A stretch of 64,000 nt of DNA from Bythopirellula sp. (GTDB taxonomy: Bacteria; Planctomycetota; Planctomycetia; Pirellulales; Lacipirellulaceae). Below, in pieces: positions 9,657 through 19,676 of the stretch (positions are counted from its first letter, which is position 1; each line of letters begins with the position of its first letter). The stretch lies in assembly GCA_965216565.1 (NCBI GenBank), contig OZ244170.1:3904001-3968000 (forward strand), in the 5' to 3' direction. Position numbers and translations under genes: made by a program. Below the pieces are notes generated by a model. That model was given only the letters and a program-made list of their open reading frames with translations. It did no database searches and was not told the origin of the DNA.

Positions 9657-10814
9657 CTATATCCGCTCGAAGACGGTGGCGATGCCCTGGCCGATGCCGA
9701 TGCACATGGTGGCGAGGCCCAGCGTCGCGTCGCGGTCGATCATGGTATGAATGAGGGTCGTAGCAATTCGTGCCCCGCTCGCCCCTAGTGGATGGCCGAT
9801 GGCTAAGGCCCCGCCGCGGACGTTCACCTTCTCGGGGTTGAGCTCCAGCATTTCAATGCAAGCGAGCGACTGCGCGGCAAACGCCTCGTTGAGTTCCACC
9901 AGCTCGATATCTGCTAGCGTCAAGCCGGCACGCTCGAGTGCTTTCCTGGTTGCCGGTACGGGACCAGTGCCCATCACAGCCGGGTCGACACCGGCGACCG
10001 CGGTCGAGCGGATTCTCACCAGCGGCTTCAGACCGAGCGATTTTGCCTTCGTCTCGCTCATCATTAACAGAGCCGCCGCGCCATCGTTCAGTGGCGAACT
10101 ATTGCCCGCGGTCACGGTGCCCATTCCGGGCATGAAAGCGGGTTTGAGCGAAGCCAATGCTTCTAACGTGGTATCGGAGCGAATGCATTGGTCAGTCGTT
10201 ACCGTGACAGAAGTGCCGGACTCGTCGCGACCACGGATTGGGATGATCTCCTTGTCGAATTCCCCCGCCTCGGTGGCTGTTGTGGCTTTTTGATGGCTGG
10301 CCAGCGCAAACTCGTCCTGAGACTCGCGACTGATACCTCGCGACTGGGCCAGGAATTCCGCCGTGATGCCCATGTGCAGTGCCCCCTTGCTCGTCACGTG
10401 GAAGAGTTTGGGATTGAAGTCAGCCCCGGCATCCATCGGGATATGGTCCATGTGCTCCAGTCCCCCGGCAATTTGCACATCTTCCCCACCTGCTGCGATG
10501 GAATGGGCCGACTGGTTCAAGGCTTGCAGACTACTACCGCAGAGGCGATTAATGGTCGCTCCCCCCGTGCTGCTTGGTAGCCCCGCCATCAGCGAAACGA
10601 TCCGGGCGACATTAAACCCCTGCTCTTTTTGCTGCTTGGTATTCCCTAGAACGACGTCTTCAATCTCCGCCGGATCGATCCCGGTGCGTTCCAGCAATCC
10701 CCTCACAACAGCCACAGCCAGGTCGTCGGAACGGACGTCACGAAAAACGCCCTTTTCACTGGAAGAACGGCCAATTGGCGTCCGGCAGGCATCAACAATT
10801 ACAGCAGTAGTCAT
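9657..10814 (-). CDS. fadA: Acetyl-CoA C-acyltransferase (3-ketoacyl-CoA thiolase)
   Basis: NRLCGSS catalytic Cys, [12 protein letters not shown] and TMCIGIGQG. It lies directly downstream of the multifunctional beta-oxidation alpha subunit. Confidence 0.95.
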   Translation of the reverse strand: MTTAVIVDACRTPIGRSSSEKGVFRDVRSDDLAVAVVRGLLERTGIDPAEIEDVVLGNTKQQKEQGFNVARIVSLMAGLPSSTGGATINRLCGSSLQALNQSAHSIAAGGEDVQIAGGLEHMDHIPMDAGADFNPKLFHVTSKGALHMGITAEFLAQSRGISRESQDEFALASHQKATTATEAGEFDKEIIPIRGRDESGTSVTVTTDQCIRSDTTLEALASLKPAFMPGMGTVTAGNSSPLNDGAAALLMMSETKAKSLGLKPLVRIRSTAVAGVDPAVMGTGPVPATRKALERAGLTLADIELVELNEAFAAQSLACIEMLELNPEKVNVRGGALAIGHPLGASGARIATTLIHTMIDRDATLGLATMCIGIGQGIATVFERI

Positions 10815-10826
10815 AGGATTCTTTGC

Positions 10827-10928
10827 AACTACGAATGAGCATTAACGGGCATGAATGAGAAGTAGATTGGTCCTAGCAAAACTCAAAAAGCAAACGCCAT
10901 TAGTGTCAATTCGTGTTTATCAGTGGTT
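10827..10928. repeat. Imperfect 31-bp inverted repeat with 9-bp periodicity, intergenic
   Basis: Left arm 10827-10857 AACTACGAATGAGCATTAACGGGCATGAATG; the reverse complement of 10898-10928 is AACCACTGATAAACACGAATTGACACTAATG (19/31 identical by hand count). Confidence 0.6.
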
Positions 10929-10952
10929 AAAAAGGGAACGAGCAAGTCACCC

Positions 10953-13097
10953 CTACTCGTAGAACTTGTCACCCGATTTTGCTACCTCCAACAACATCTC
11001 GGTCGATTTGTACCTTTCGCCGAGGGCTTCGAACTTGGAGAGCTTCTCGACAATCTGCTCTGCACCCACACTGTCGGCCCAGAAAAACAGGCCGCCCTTG
11101 AAGGGTGGAAAGCCGGTGCCGAAGATCATCGCCAAATCGACGTCGCGGACGTTGGCAGCGATGCCGTCTTCAATGAGCCGGGTGGCTTCGAGCAGCATGG
11201 GGAGGAACAATCGATCGGCAAAATCGGTTTTCGGAGTTTCGGTTTCCTGCGAAGTGGAATTCGAATCGATGATTGCCTGCGCTTCCTCGCTGGGGATCGG
11301 CTTGCTCCTGCCCCGCCTGTCGGTTTTGTAATCGAAAAATCCTTTGCCATTTTTCTGTCCCAAGCGATCGGCTTCGACCATGGCGGGCAAGATTTTCGAG
11401 GGCACCACTCGATCGGGGAATGCCTCCTGCATCACTTTTCCAGCGTGCAACGCGACGTCGAGGCCTACCGTGTCGTACAGCGTAATTGGCCCCATCGGCA
11501 TGCCAAACGAGGTGGCGGCCCGATCCACGGCTTTGATGGAAGCCCCCTCCTCCAGCAAGAGGAGTGCCTCGTTCATGTAGGGAAGTAAAACGCGATTGAC
11601 CAAAAAGCCGGGGCCGTCGCCAACCACAATGGGCGACTTGCCCAGTGTTTTGGCATATTCAACGGCCGTGGCAATGGTGTCGTCGGAAGTCTGTTCGCCT
11701 CGGATCACTTCCACCAGCGGCATCCGCCGCACGGGATTGAAAAAGTGCAGCCCGCAAAATCGGTCCGGATTCTTGAGATTCTCGGCCAGCTTGGTGATGG
11801 GAATGGTGGACGTATTGGAACAGAGGATCGCCTGCGGACCAAGTTGTGGTTCGAGTCGTTCATAGAGCTCATGCTTGGCTTCGGCATTCTCGTAGATAGC
11901 CTCGATCACCGCGTCGGCAGCGGCCAATTCTTCGTCATTCGTTGTACCGTTGATGAGCGGAGTGAATTTGAGGGCTTTCTCGACGTCCGGGCCACGAGTC
12001 TTCTTGTTAAAGCTGACTTCCTTCAGAACGCCCTGCACGCCACGTCCGACAGCCTCTGCCGAGACATCTCCCAAAGCGACGGGCAAGTTTTTCTTCACAT
12101 TTGCTGCGGCTATCCCCTGCCCCATGATGCCGGCGCCAATCACCGCTGCGCTACCAATCTCCCTGGCTGTGGCCCCTTCGGGACCGGATTGTTTCTTGTT
12201 GGCATCGCGGAGGAAGAAGACATTCAAGAGAGCCCGATTTTCAGACGTACCCCACAGTTCGGTAAACCCTTCGGCTTCCATCTTGCAGGCGGTCCACACG
12301 TCGACCCCTGCCGCGCCAAGCATCACCTCCAGCGCCGCCATTGGTGCCGGGTAGTGCCCCTTGGTTTGCCCTTGGATGTAGGCACTGGCGGTGGCGCCGA
12401 CAAAACCGAGCTCTGTTTCACTTAGACCTAGTGGCGCTTCCCAGCAGTCGCGATCTTTCTGGTAGCTTTGCGAATTCTTTTCTACCTGCACTAAGGCCAG
12501 CGCCGCTTCCAGTAGTTGGTCGGGTACAGCCAGTTCCGCCAAGCCCATTGCCGCTGCTTCGCGCGCGTCGATGGCTTCGCCGCCCGTGACGAGTTCCACC
12601 GCATTGCTAAGCCCTACCAGTCGCGGCATGCGTGCCGTCCCGCCCCAACCGGGAAACAGACCAAGTTTCACTTCGGGAAAAGCAAAGCTCGTCTCACGGT
12701 TGTCGGCCATCACGCGTCGATCGCACCACATGGCCAGTTCCGAGCCACCCCCCACGCACAATCCACCGATTGCGGCGACAGTAACGAAGGGACACTTGGC
12801 CAGACGCGAAAAAAGCTGTTGCCCGCGCTCGGCAACTTGCTGCACGACTTCCTTCGGCTCGTCGAGCGAAGCGACAAATTCGCGGAGGTCCGCCCCGGCG
12901 ATGAAATTACCATCTTTGCCTGAACGAATCACGAGCCCCGCGATGCCGTCGTCCTGTTCCAATTTGGTCAATTGGCGGTCGAATTCTTCCAGCACATGAT
13001 GCGATAGAACGTTCACCCCTTTATCGGGATCATCCAATGTGAGCACTGCCACATCGTCGTGCATTTTGACTGATATCATTGAGTTTCCAGACACCAT
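10953..13097 (-). CDS. Fatty acid oxidation complex alpha subunit (enoyl-CoA hydratase / 3-hydroxyacyl-CoA dehydrogenase, FadB/FadJ family)
   Basis: FIAGADL, GGGSELA and PEVKLGLFPGWGG in the crotonase domain; VIGAGIMG Rossmann motif; SNTSTIPI, GLHFFNP and GFLVNR. Confidence 0.95.
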   Translation of the reverse strand: MVSGNSMISVKMHDDVAVLTLDDPDKGVNVLSHHVLEEFDRQLTKLEQDDGIAGLVIRSGKDGNFIAGADLREFVASLDEPKEVVQQVAERGQQLFSRLAKCPFVTVAAIGGLCVGGGSELAMWCDRRVMADNRETSFAFPEVKLGLFPGWGGTARMPRLVGLSNAVELVTGGEAIDAREAAAMGLAELAVPDQLLEAALALVQVEKNSQSYQKDRDCWEAPLGLSETELGFVGATASAYIQGQTKGHYPAPMAALEVMLGAAGVDVWTACKMEAEGFTELWGTSENRALLNVFFLRDANKKQSGPEGATAREIGSAAVIGAGIMGQGIAAANVKKNLPVALGDVSAEAVGRGVQGVLKEVSFNKKTRGPDVEKALKFTPLINGTTNDEELAAADAVIEAIYENAEAKHELYERLEPQLGPQAILCSNTSTIPITKLAENLKNPDRFCGLHFFNPVRRMPLVEVIRGEQTSDDTIATAVEYAKTLGKSPIVVGDGPGFLVNRVLLPYMNEALLLLEEGASIKAVDRAATSFGMPMGPITLYDTVGLDVALHAGKVMQEAFPDRVVPSKILPAMVEADRLGQKNGKGFFDYKTDRRGRSKPIPSEEAQAIIDSNSTSQETETPKTDFADRLFLPMLLEATRLIEDGIAANVRDVDLAMIFGTGFPPFKGGLFFWADSVGAEQIVEKLSKFEALGERYKSTEMLLEVAKSGDKFYE

Positions 13098-13214
13098 CAG
13101 CCTCGGGGATATGAGAAGTTTGATGTATGATTGAGGTTGTAGATTCTACGGTGGTCAGTCCAGAAGGCCTACGGCTCCATCAACGCTTGTACATCGTCCA
13201 ATTGATTCGGAATA

Positions 13215-13739
13215 ATGCATTCTATGGAAGCTCGCCAATCAAGCACAGGTGGATCGCCCGTCGAAAGCGAAAACGCGGTACGTCAGGGAGGCTGGCTGTT
13301 TCCGCTGATGCTACTGGTGGTGCTGCTGGTGGCTCTTGGAATGGTAGTGTTGAATCGGTCTTTTGAAAGTGCCGGCGACAATTCCGTGGCCAGGTCGGCG
13401 TGGACCCCGTCAGACAAGCCAACGGGCGAGACAGTCCAGCTAGAAATAGATTTTGGCAACGGCGCGAAACGGCAAATTGCCGCCCTGCCCTGGGAGCCTG
13501 AAATGACGGTGGTCGATGTGCTGGAATCTGCCCGCGAGTTCCGGCCCGCGGTCGAATTCACCCAACAAGGTGAGGGGGCCGGCGGTTTTCTCACCTCGCT
13601 GGAAGGCCTGGCCAATGAAGGGGGCGGCAGGCGCAATTGGCGGTTTTTCGTCAATGACCGACCTGGAGAGACCAGTTTTTGCGTGGCAGAGGTTGCCGCT
13701 GGCGATCGAGTCTTGTGGGAATTCACCGGCGAATACTAG
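13215..13739 (+). CDS. Membrane-anchored DUF4430 (transcobalamin beta-domain-like) protein
   Basis: One N-terminal TM helix, then TVVDVL...FLTSLEGLANE..NWRFFVND......AGDRVLWEF, which matches the DUF4430 pattern. Confidence 0.75.
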   Translation: MHSMEARQSSTGGSPVESENAVRQGGWLFPLMLLVVLLVALGMVVLNRSFESAGDNSVARSAWTPSDKPTGETVQLEIDFGNGAKRQIAALPWEPEMTVVDVLESAREFRPAVEFTQQGEGAGGFLTSLEGLANEGGGRRNWRFFVNDRPGETSFCVAEVAAGDRVLWEFTGEY

Positions 13740-13788
13740 AATGAATGCCCAAGCCGCGAGCGGCTATTCAGAATTGAAAGAGGAAATT

Positions 13789-14340
13789 ATGAATCGAAAT
13801 AATTGGCGTGAATTGGCAGTGTTTGGGCTTCTTCTGGCAATCGGTGTGCTGGGGCGTTGGGCACAACCCGATTGGAACTTCACGCCGTTGGCTGCCATTA
13901 CGATCATAGGTGGCTATTACTTCCGCAATTGGATGCCTGCTGTGTTGCTGCCTGTGAGCACATTGGCAGTTTCAGACATTGTTCTGCCCGCCCACGACAG
14001 TTGGGCCGTACTGTTGGCGGTCCACTTGATGATGATCGTACCACTGGCGCTAGGACGCCTGGCGCGTGGTGCTGAAGGTTGGCAAGCGGCCTGGCGGTGG
14101 GGCATGTGTGGTATTGTTCCGGCGACGACTTTTTATCTCGTCACCAACTTTGCCGTATGGGCATTCACCGGAATGTACGACAAAACACTTAGCGGTTTGG
14201 CGGCGTGCTATATCGCCGCAATTCCCTTCTACCGCACTATGCTGGCCGGCGACTTGTTTTACCTGGTCGTGCTAGGTAGCTGTCTGGCAATTGCAAGTAT
14301 GAGAGTTACAAGTCGTGAGCCAAGCGTTGCGAGAAGTTAG
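13789..14340 (+). CDS. DUF6580 family putative transporter (S-component/BtuM-like membrane protein)
   Basis: WNFTPLAAI, P...VSD and FYLVTNFAVW...YDKTLSGLAACYIAAIPFYR...GDLFY, with about 6 TM segments. ATG 13789 follows GAGGA. Confidence 0.8.
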   Translation: MNRNNWRELAVFGLLLAIGVLGRWAQPDWNFTPLAAITIIGGYYFRNWMPAVLLPVSTLAVSDIVLPAHDSWAVLLAVHLMMIVPLALGRLARGAEGWQAAWRWGMCGIVPATTFYLVTNFAVWAFTGMYDKTLSGLAACYIAAIPFYRTMLAGDLFYLVVLGSCLAIASMRVTSREPSVARS

Positions 14341-14370
14341 TCTCCTCGCAACCCGCTACTCAGAACTCGA

Positions 14371-15744
14371 CTAGGAAAAGTCTGCTTCGGCCGGCTCCGC
14401 GACTTCCTCGCCACCTCCCCAGCCTTCGACGAGCCGATCAACGTCGGCTTTAGTGGTGAATACGAGTTCGACGATGTTCAGCTCGGTAGTATCGTCGTCC
14501 GCAGTTGCGACTCGTAGGTCTTTCATTGCGTCGATCAAAGATTCGACTTTCAATTTGACATCGTCCGTCATTCCTGCGACGACAGAATCGCCACCCTCTT
14601 GGATAGCACGCAGTCGGCTAAGTAGTCGCTGACGTTCGAACTTGGGGCCAGTGTCTTCCAAGCCGCCCCTGCCGCCACCGAAAAGTCGGCCTCTGCCCCG
14701 AGCAGAAAAGCCATCGTTGCCTTCCAGCATCGCGTCTTCAAACTCTTTGGCCTTCTTGGCTTCTTCTTCCAGGACGTCTTTCGATAGCTTTGCCAATGCG
14801 TTCAGTGTTTCGGCGGCATTGATATCCTGTGCCTGTTCATAAGACGGAAAGTCCATCATCTTGCTCACATAGCAGCGATCGTCGAGGTTGAACGTGTCGC
14901 CAGCGATTAGTTCGTTGAGCGTGTCTTGGAGTTGAGCATTAGGGCTCGCCTTGAACTGCTGAATGAGCACCGCCACGGCTTGGACTTTCATCCATTTGTG
15001 AACGTCATCCGCCATTTCTTCAGGATGGTCTTCCTGTTTGAGGAGGGCGAGCATCGCGTTGGTAAGACGATCGGCATAACGCTCATCGACGCCGTAACGC
15101 GCATGACGTTCGAGTCCCACCAATGCCCCAGTCTTCACTGCGGGATGAACGGATAGCTGTTTCCCTTTGCGTTCGATGGTGTCTTTTTCCAAAAAGTCGA
15201 GCAGCAATGCCGTTGCTTCCGGCAGTGGCACTGGTAGAGTTGGGTCGTTGCCACCGGGAGCGTAGCGACTATCGAGATTGCCGATAATCAGTGAGGCGTT
15301 GTAACGCACTGCAGGATGATAGTTGTCGATGGCGAGGACTTCGGCAATTTTAAGACACAGCTTGGTTAGCTCTGCCTGCGAACCCGCATTGGCAATCTTT
15401 CGGAGGTATCGTTTGAAGAGGTCTTCCCGACGGTCGCCAAGTTCACCGAGATTCTCTGCGTCGGTGCTAGTCATGATTGGGAAGTAGTATTTGGTGAAGT
15501 ACTTCTTCACGTCATCTTCGGCAGCACCGAAACCAGCAGGATTCTGAATTACGTTTCGCAGATCTCGTTCAAGCTTCTGAGCCTCGCGCTTCTTCATCAC
15601 GGGAATTGTCTTATAGCGTTGCGCCCAAACTGGAGCGACAGTGCCAAAGATCAGCATTCCGATGAGCAGATTGCGGATAGCACGTAGACTGGAAGCGTTC
15701 TTGCTCGGATGAGATGGCTTGCCAGCCAAGTAGAATTTACGCAT
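14371..15744 (-). CDS. Hypothetical secreted alpha-helical protein
   Basis: 457-aa ORF with a signal-peptide-like segment (LLIGMLIFGTVAPVWA-Q), HEAT-like HPAVRYNASLIIGNL, a Gly/Arg-rich linker and an acidic tail. Confidence 0.8.
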   Translation of the reverse strand: MRKFYLAGKPSHPSKNASSLRAIRNLLIGMLIFGTVAPVWAQRYKTIPVMKKREAQKLERDLRNVIQNPAGFGAAEDDVKKYFTKYYFPIMTSTDAENLGELGDRREDLFKRYLRKIANAGSQAELTKLCLKIAEVLAIDNYHPAVRYNASLIIGNLDSRYAPGGNDPTLPVPLPEATALLLDFLEKDTIERKGKQLSVHPAVKTGALVGLERHARYGVDERYADRLTNAMLALLKQEDHPEEMADDVHKWMKVQAVAVLIQQFKASPNAQLQDTLNELIAGDTFNLDDRCYVSKMMDFPSYEQAQDINAAETLNALAKLSKDVLEEEAKKAKEFEDAMLEGNDGFSARGRGRLFGGGRGGLEDTGPKFERQRLLSRLRAIQEGGDSVVAGMTDDVKLKVESLIDAMKDLRVATADDDTTELNIVELVFTTKADVDRLVEGWGGGEEVAEPAEADFS

Positions 15745-15893
15745 TGCCCTAGTCCTCTGTTCCTAAGGAGTAAGCCGGTCCCGCGGAGTCTGCGGGTGGA
15801 TAAGTTACCTCTCACTCTATTGTACGCAGTTAGGGCGGTCCTGCAAAATAAGCCCACAAACTCGTTACAATACGGCTGGGAAACACCGAATCG

Positions 15894-16829
15894 ATGACTT
15901 TACTCTACCACGATCGCCGCTTTTTGGATCACCAGACGGGCAACCATCCCGAGTGTCCCGAGCGGCTCCGTGCCATTGACGAATTGCTGGAATCGCAGGG
16001 GTTATTGGGACGTTGCCAGCGACCAGAGTGGACACTTGCCCCAAACCACTTGCTCTCGCGCTGCCATACGCAAGCTCATGTTCAATTGTTGGAAGAAGTG
16101 GCCAAGAACGGGGGCGGTAACCTCGATCCAGATACGGTCGTCTCCCCGAAATCCTTTGATGTGGCCCTACTAGCCGCTGGGGCTGTGGAGGACGCCGTGA
16201 CTCGAGTGCTAGCCGGCGAGCAGAAATCGGGCCTGTGTCTGGTGCGGCCACCGGGTCACCACGCGGTGCGGGAAAACGCGATGGGCTTTTGTCTACTAAA
16301 CAACATTGCCTTGGGAGCTCAGGCGGCCATCGACCGCGGCGTCGAGCGAATCTTGATCGTCGATTGGGATGTGCATCATGGGAACGGCACTCAGGCCATC
16401 TTTTACGATGACCCACGCGTAGGTTTTTTCTCTGTGCACCGCTGGCCGTTTTACCCAGGCACCGGGACCGCTCACGAGACCGGGACGTCCGCTGGGCTTG
16501 GTACGACTTGCAACCTACCGCTCAGCATTGAAACTACTCGCCGAGAGTATCACGCAGCGGTGGCACGGGAACTCACCGACTTCGCGGCAAAGATCAAGCC
16601 CGAATTGGTATTAGTAAGCGCGGGCTTCGACGCGCACCGCGCCGACCCGATCGGCTCGCTAGGACTGGAAACAGGTGATTTCGCAGAGCTTGGCGGGCTC
16701 GTTCTGGATATTGCCAATAGCTATGCCGAGGGGCGGATCGTGAGTGTGCTGGAAGGCGGCTACAATCCACCGGTGCTGGCCGAATGTGTGGCGCAGCACC
16801 TGAAACAGTTGATCGCGCATGAGGAGTAG
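15894..16829 (+). CDS. Histone deacetylase family Zn-dependent deacylase
   Basis: HPECPER, RPPGHHA, GFC, DWDVHHGNGTQ, SAGFDAH and LEGGY. Confidence 0.96.
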   Translation: MTLLYHDRRFLDHQTGNHPECPERLRAIDELLESQGLLGRCQRPEWTLAPNHLLSRCHTQAHVQLLEEVAKNGGGNLDPDTVVSPKSFDVALLAAGAVEDAVTRVLAGEQKSGLCLVRPPGHHAVRENAMGFCLLNNIALGAQAAIDRGVERILIVDWDVHHGNGTQAIFYDDPRVGFFSVHRWPFYPGTGTAHETGTSAGLGTTCNLPLSIETTRREYHAAVARELTDFAAKIKPELVLVSAGFDAHRADPIGSLGLETGDFAELGGLVLDIANSYAEGRIVSVLEGGYNPPVLAECVAQHLKQLIAHEE

Positions 16830-16878
16830 CCTGTCGATGCGGCGCGGCTGGACGTTGCCACCGCGTCACGCCCACGAA

Positions 16879-19140
16879 CTACTGGTCGGCATACACGCGA
16901 GTACTGACTTCCTTGGTAATAGGTTGCCGTACTTCGTCGGAAACCACTTGCACGCGCACCCGCTGGTCGCCGGCGCGGAGGCCTTGGGCCTGAATACGGA
17001 AGACCGACTCGGCCTTAGGTGCCAATTGCGCCAAAGGCGAAAAGACTACCCGCTCGCCTTGGATCGCGTGTCGCGATTCTCCCTGCCCCGAGATGGCCCG
17101 CATGCCTTGCGGCATGATGGCTCCCACTTGGACGTTGGTTGCTGCTTTGGAACCTTGGTTGACGACAGTAATCTCGTATGTCGTCTCGCCACCGATTTCC
17201 ACGGGGCTTTCCAGATCGATGACTTCGAACATCAGTGCCACAATGCCATCGACACGGACGTGTGCTTCAGTAGCGTCTTTCAAACCCTCGCTAGCCTTGG
17301 TAGAGACTTGGAGGGTGTGTTCACCGGCCTCGATAGGGAGTGTAGTGAGCTCGACGGTTCCGCGCTCGTTGGCCGGCAGTTCCGCCAGACTCCAATGCAC
17401 GCTGTGCGAACTGGCGTCGTATTCGCCCATGTTGTTGGCACTGACAAATTGCAGTCCCTTAGGAAGTTGTGTGGTGAGTTGAACTTCCTTGGCCGAGGCC
17501 GTTCCAGGATTGTCGATGCTTACCTGGTAGGTCGCTGGCCGTTCAAGATAGCGCTTCTTGGGGCCATCGACGGTTACTTGCAGTTCGGGAGCAATGACCT
17601 CAAACTCGCAACTCGCCTGCACCTGAAGTCCTGCGTCGGCTCGAGCCGTCATGACGTTGGTGACTCGTCCTGCCTGTTCGGCCGTGAGCACTAGCTCCAG
17701 TTTTCGAGATTGTCCCGGACTGAGGTTGCCCACTTCAAATTCTAGAGCCGGGCCCGCTTCGTGGCTGACGCCTTCGGGTACGGTTTCCAAGAGCATGATC
17801 CCTGTGGCCTCGCCACTGCCGGGATTCGAAAGTTCTACTTGAACCAGATGCTGGTCGCCGGCGTGAACTTGCGACTTGCTGGAAAGTCGTAAGGCAAGTT
17901 CCGGACGTGTGCAACGAGCCTTGGCCGAGGCTTGCGTAGCAAACGTGACCGAAGCAACACTGCCAAGTTCGCCTTCCTCGACGGGGATCAACTCCATTTC
18001 CACGGTTCGTTCTTCGCCGACCGAAAGTGTTCCGATGTCCCACACCACCCCAGAACCAGAAACAGAGGCTCGAGGTGCGGTGCCGACTAGCTCCGTCCCA
18101 AGGGGGATCTCATCATGAATCTGGACGCCTTGGGCTGTCCTTTGTCCGGTGTTTTGCACTCGAATCGCAAATGTGCAACGTCGGCCCACTTGGATTTCTT
18201 CTGGGGCTAGCTTTTGAATGGTGACGGAAGGATTTTGCGGGCCCTCGAGCAAGCGTTCGCCAGGACGGCCCGTACCGGGAGTGTTAGCCAAACCAGGGGT
18301 CGGTGTGGCGTTACCCAGCGAATCGGCAGCAGCCAGTGGCGACGCGGCGAGATTGGATTTCAAATCGTAGGCGGGAGCAGGTTGGGGACGCGAGGCAACT
18401 TCGGCTTTCGCACCATAGTCGATTGGCGGCACGGCAGGTGCTGGTTTTGAAGGAGCAGCACCTTGCTGACCATAACGGCCCGAGGCGGTTGCTGGAGAAT
18501 TTGTTTGGCGCGGGAGCGGCTTGCTGCCGGCAAGTATTTCGCCAGGTGCTTCCGCAGCCTTCGGGCTTGGCTTTGTCGGAGCAGACTTGGCGGCAGACGT
18601 TTTTGGTTGTTGTAAGCTCTTGCGGAGTGGATTGAAACTATCCGGCCCCTGTCCTCGAGCCACTTCTTGCTCGGCAAGATCCGGAACTGGTGATCCAACT
18701 GCTTTCCCGGCCTGGGAGGGTTCTGGCTTGGCAGGTTGTGGCTTGTCTGCAACCGGCGGTTGCACATGGACCGAGGCATAGCGATTGCCGAGGGGAGGTG
18801 TCGGGGCACTCGAAAGGGGTTTTGCGACCGGCGCCACTGGATTTTCTATTCCGATCTTCGATTTCGACGAAGTGAGCGTATAGCGTCCCTTCGACTTTTT
18901 GGTCGATGGGGCGTTCATTGGCGGAGGCGAGGCAAACAGTTCCTTCAGTTCGTCGGTATCGAGCTTTTCTGCCGAGGCGTCCGCGCTATGGGCGATGCCC
19001 GTTTCGCTTTTGGGCGCAGAATTCATCAAGTGGAAGGCCGAGAATCCGCCGCCACCTAATAAGGCCGTCACCAGGCCGAGCTTGATGAACTTGCGACGCA
19101 GAGTGGTACGGACCGAACGCGGGGAGGAGGTCTTTTCCAT
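16879..19140 (-). CDS. DUF11 repeat protein (OmcB-like) with an N-terminal TM anchor and Pro-rich linker
   Basis: Four Ig-like repeats (V.NTG.R.A, L.NPG.G.A, I.NPGTASA, VVNQGSKAA) after a long Pro/Ala/Ser-rich region. Confidence 0.85.
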   Translation of the reverse strand: MEKTSSPRSVRTTLRRKFIKLGLVTALLGGGGFSAFHLMNSAPKSETGIAHSADASAEKLDTDELKELFASPPPMNAPSTKKSKGRYTLTSSKSKIGIENPVAPVAKPLSSAPTPPLGNRYASVHVQPPVADKPQPAKPEPSQAGKAVGSPVPDLAEQEVARGQGPDSFNPLRKSLQQPKTSAAKSAPTKPSPKAAEAPGEILAGSKPLPRQTNSPATASGRYGQQGAAPSKPAPAVPPIDYGAKAEVASRPQPAPAYDLKSNLAASPLAAADSLGNATPTPGLANTPGTGRPGERLLEGPQNPSVTIQKLAPEEIQVGRRCTFAIRVQNTGQRTAQGVQIHDEIPLGTELVGTAPRASVSGSGVVWDIGTLSVGEERTVEMELIPVEEGELGSVASVTFATQASAKARCTRPELALRLSSKSQVHAGDQHLVQVELSNPGSGEATGIMLLETVPEGVSHEAGPALEFEVGNLSPGQSRKLELVLTAEQAGRVTNVMTARADAGLQVQASCEFEVIAPELQVTVDGPKKRYLERPATYQVSIDNPGTASAKEVQLTTQLPKGLQFVSANNMGEYDASSHSVHWSLAELPANERGTVELTTLPIEAGEHTLQVSTKASEGLKDATEAHVRVDGIVALMFEVIDLESPVEIGGETTYEITVVNQGSKAATNVQVGAIMPQGMRAISGQGESRHAIQGERVVFSPLAQLAPKAESVFRIQAQGLRAGDQRVRVQVVSDEVRQPITKEVSTRVYADQ

Positions 19141-19388
19141 CGGTAAACCTTGGCTTAAATGCAATACGTGAGTTGGAGGAGTCCATATGCCGCGGAAGGG
19201 TGCGCTCTTCTCGCGACGAAAACGGGGTGCGAGTAATTATCAAATGGCCGCCCCCGGGCAAAGGCCAGTCGATACGCACTGCTAGCGTTGCTAGATAGAT
19301 TGCCTATCTCTGCAGACCATCCGCTCAGCCGTCGATACAGAGAATAGGCATAGAATTAGTAGCGGAGTCTCCAACAGGGAGGTTGGTT

Positions 19389-19622
19389 GTGGCAGGGCAA
19401 GATCTCATCGGTGCGTATTTGGCAGCACCACTCATCTCGGCAATTCCCACGAACCCCTCCTCAGCGACCCTCGCCCTAGTGGGGTTGGTCTCCTGGTTGA
19501 GCTACCAATTATTGATACGCCCAGGCCATGAAAGTCGGCCCCGATTGGTAGCGCAACAGCCGATCGTCCCCCAACCGCATATCAAGAGCAAAGGCGTCCG
19601 TCCTCGACGGCGCGTGGCTTAG
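19389..19622 (+). CDS. Small membrane protein resembling a stand-alone PEP-CTERM-like sorting segment
   Basis: GGAGG lies 6 nt before GTG 19389. The protein has IPTNPSSATLALVGLVSWLSYQLLIR followed by a basic tail (GVRPRRRVA). Confidence 0.5.
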   Translation: MAGQDLIGAYLAAPLISAIPTNPSSATLALVGLVSWLSYQLLIRPGHESRPRLVAQQPIVPQPHIKSKGVRPRRRVA

Positions 19623-19676
19623 ATCTTTTCGTTGCCCGCAGATCCCGGCGTTCTTCGCGGGCTGTCTATTGCTGAA

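Noticed and set aside
13098..13214. Possible cobalamin riboswitch upstream of DUF4430
   Set aside because: The spacer is only 117 bp and no B12-box-like motif is visible.
13516..13788. N-terminal extension of the DUF6580 ORF
   Set aside because: Overlaps the DUF4430 gene; the RBS and family motifs support ATG 13789.
16819..17694. 291-aa plus-strand ORF
   Set aside because: Antisense shadow of the DUF11 protein, with no recognisable motifs.
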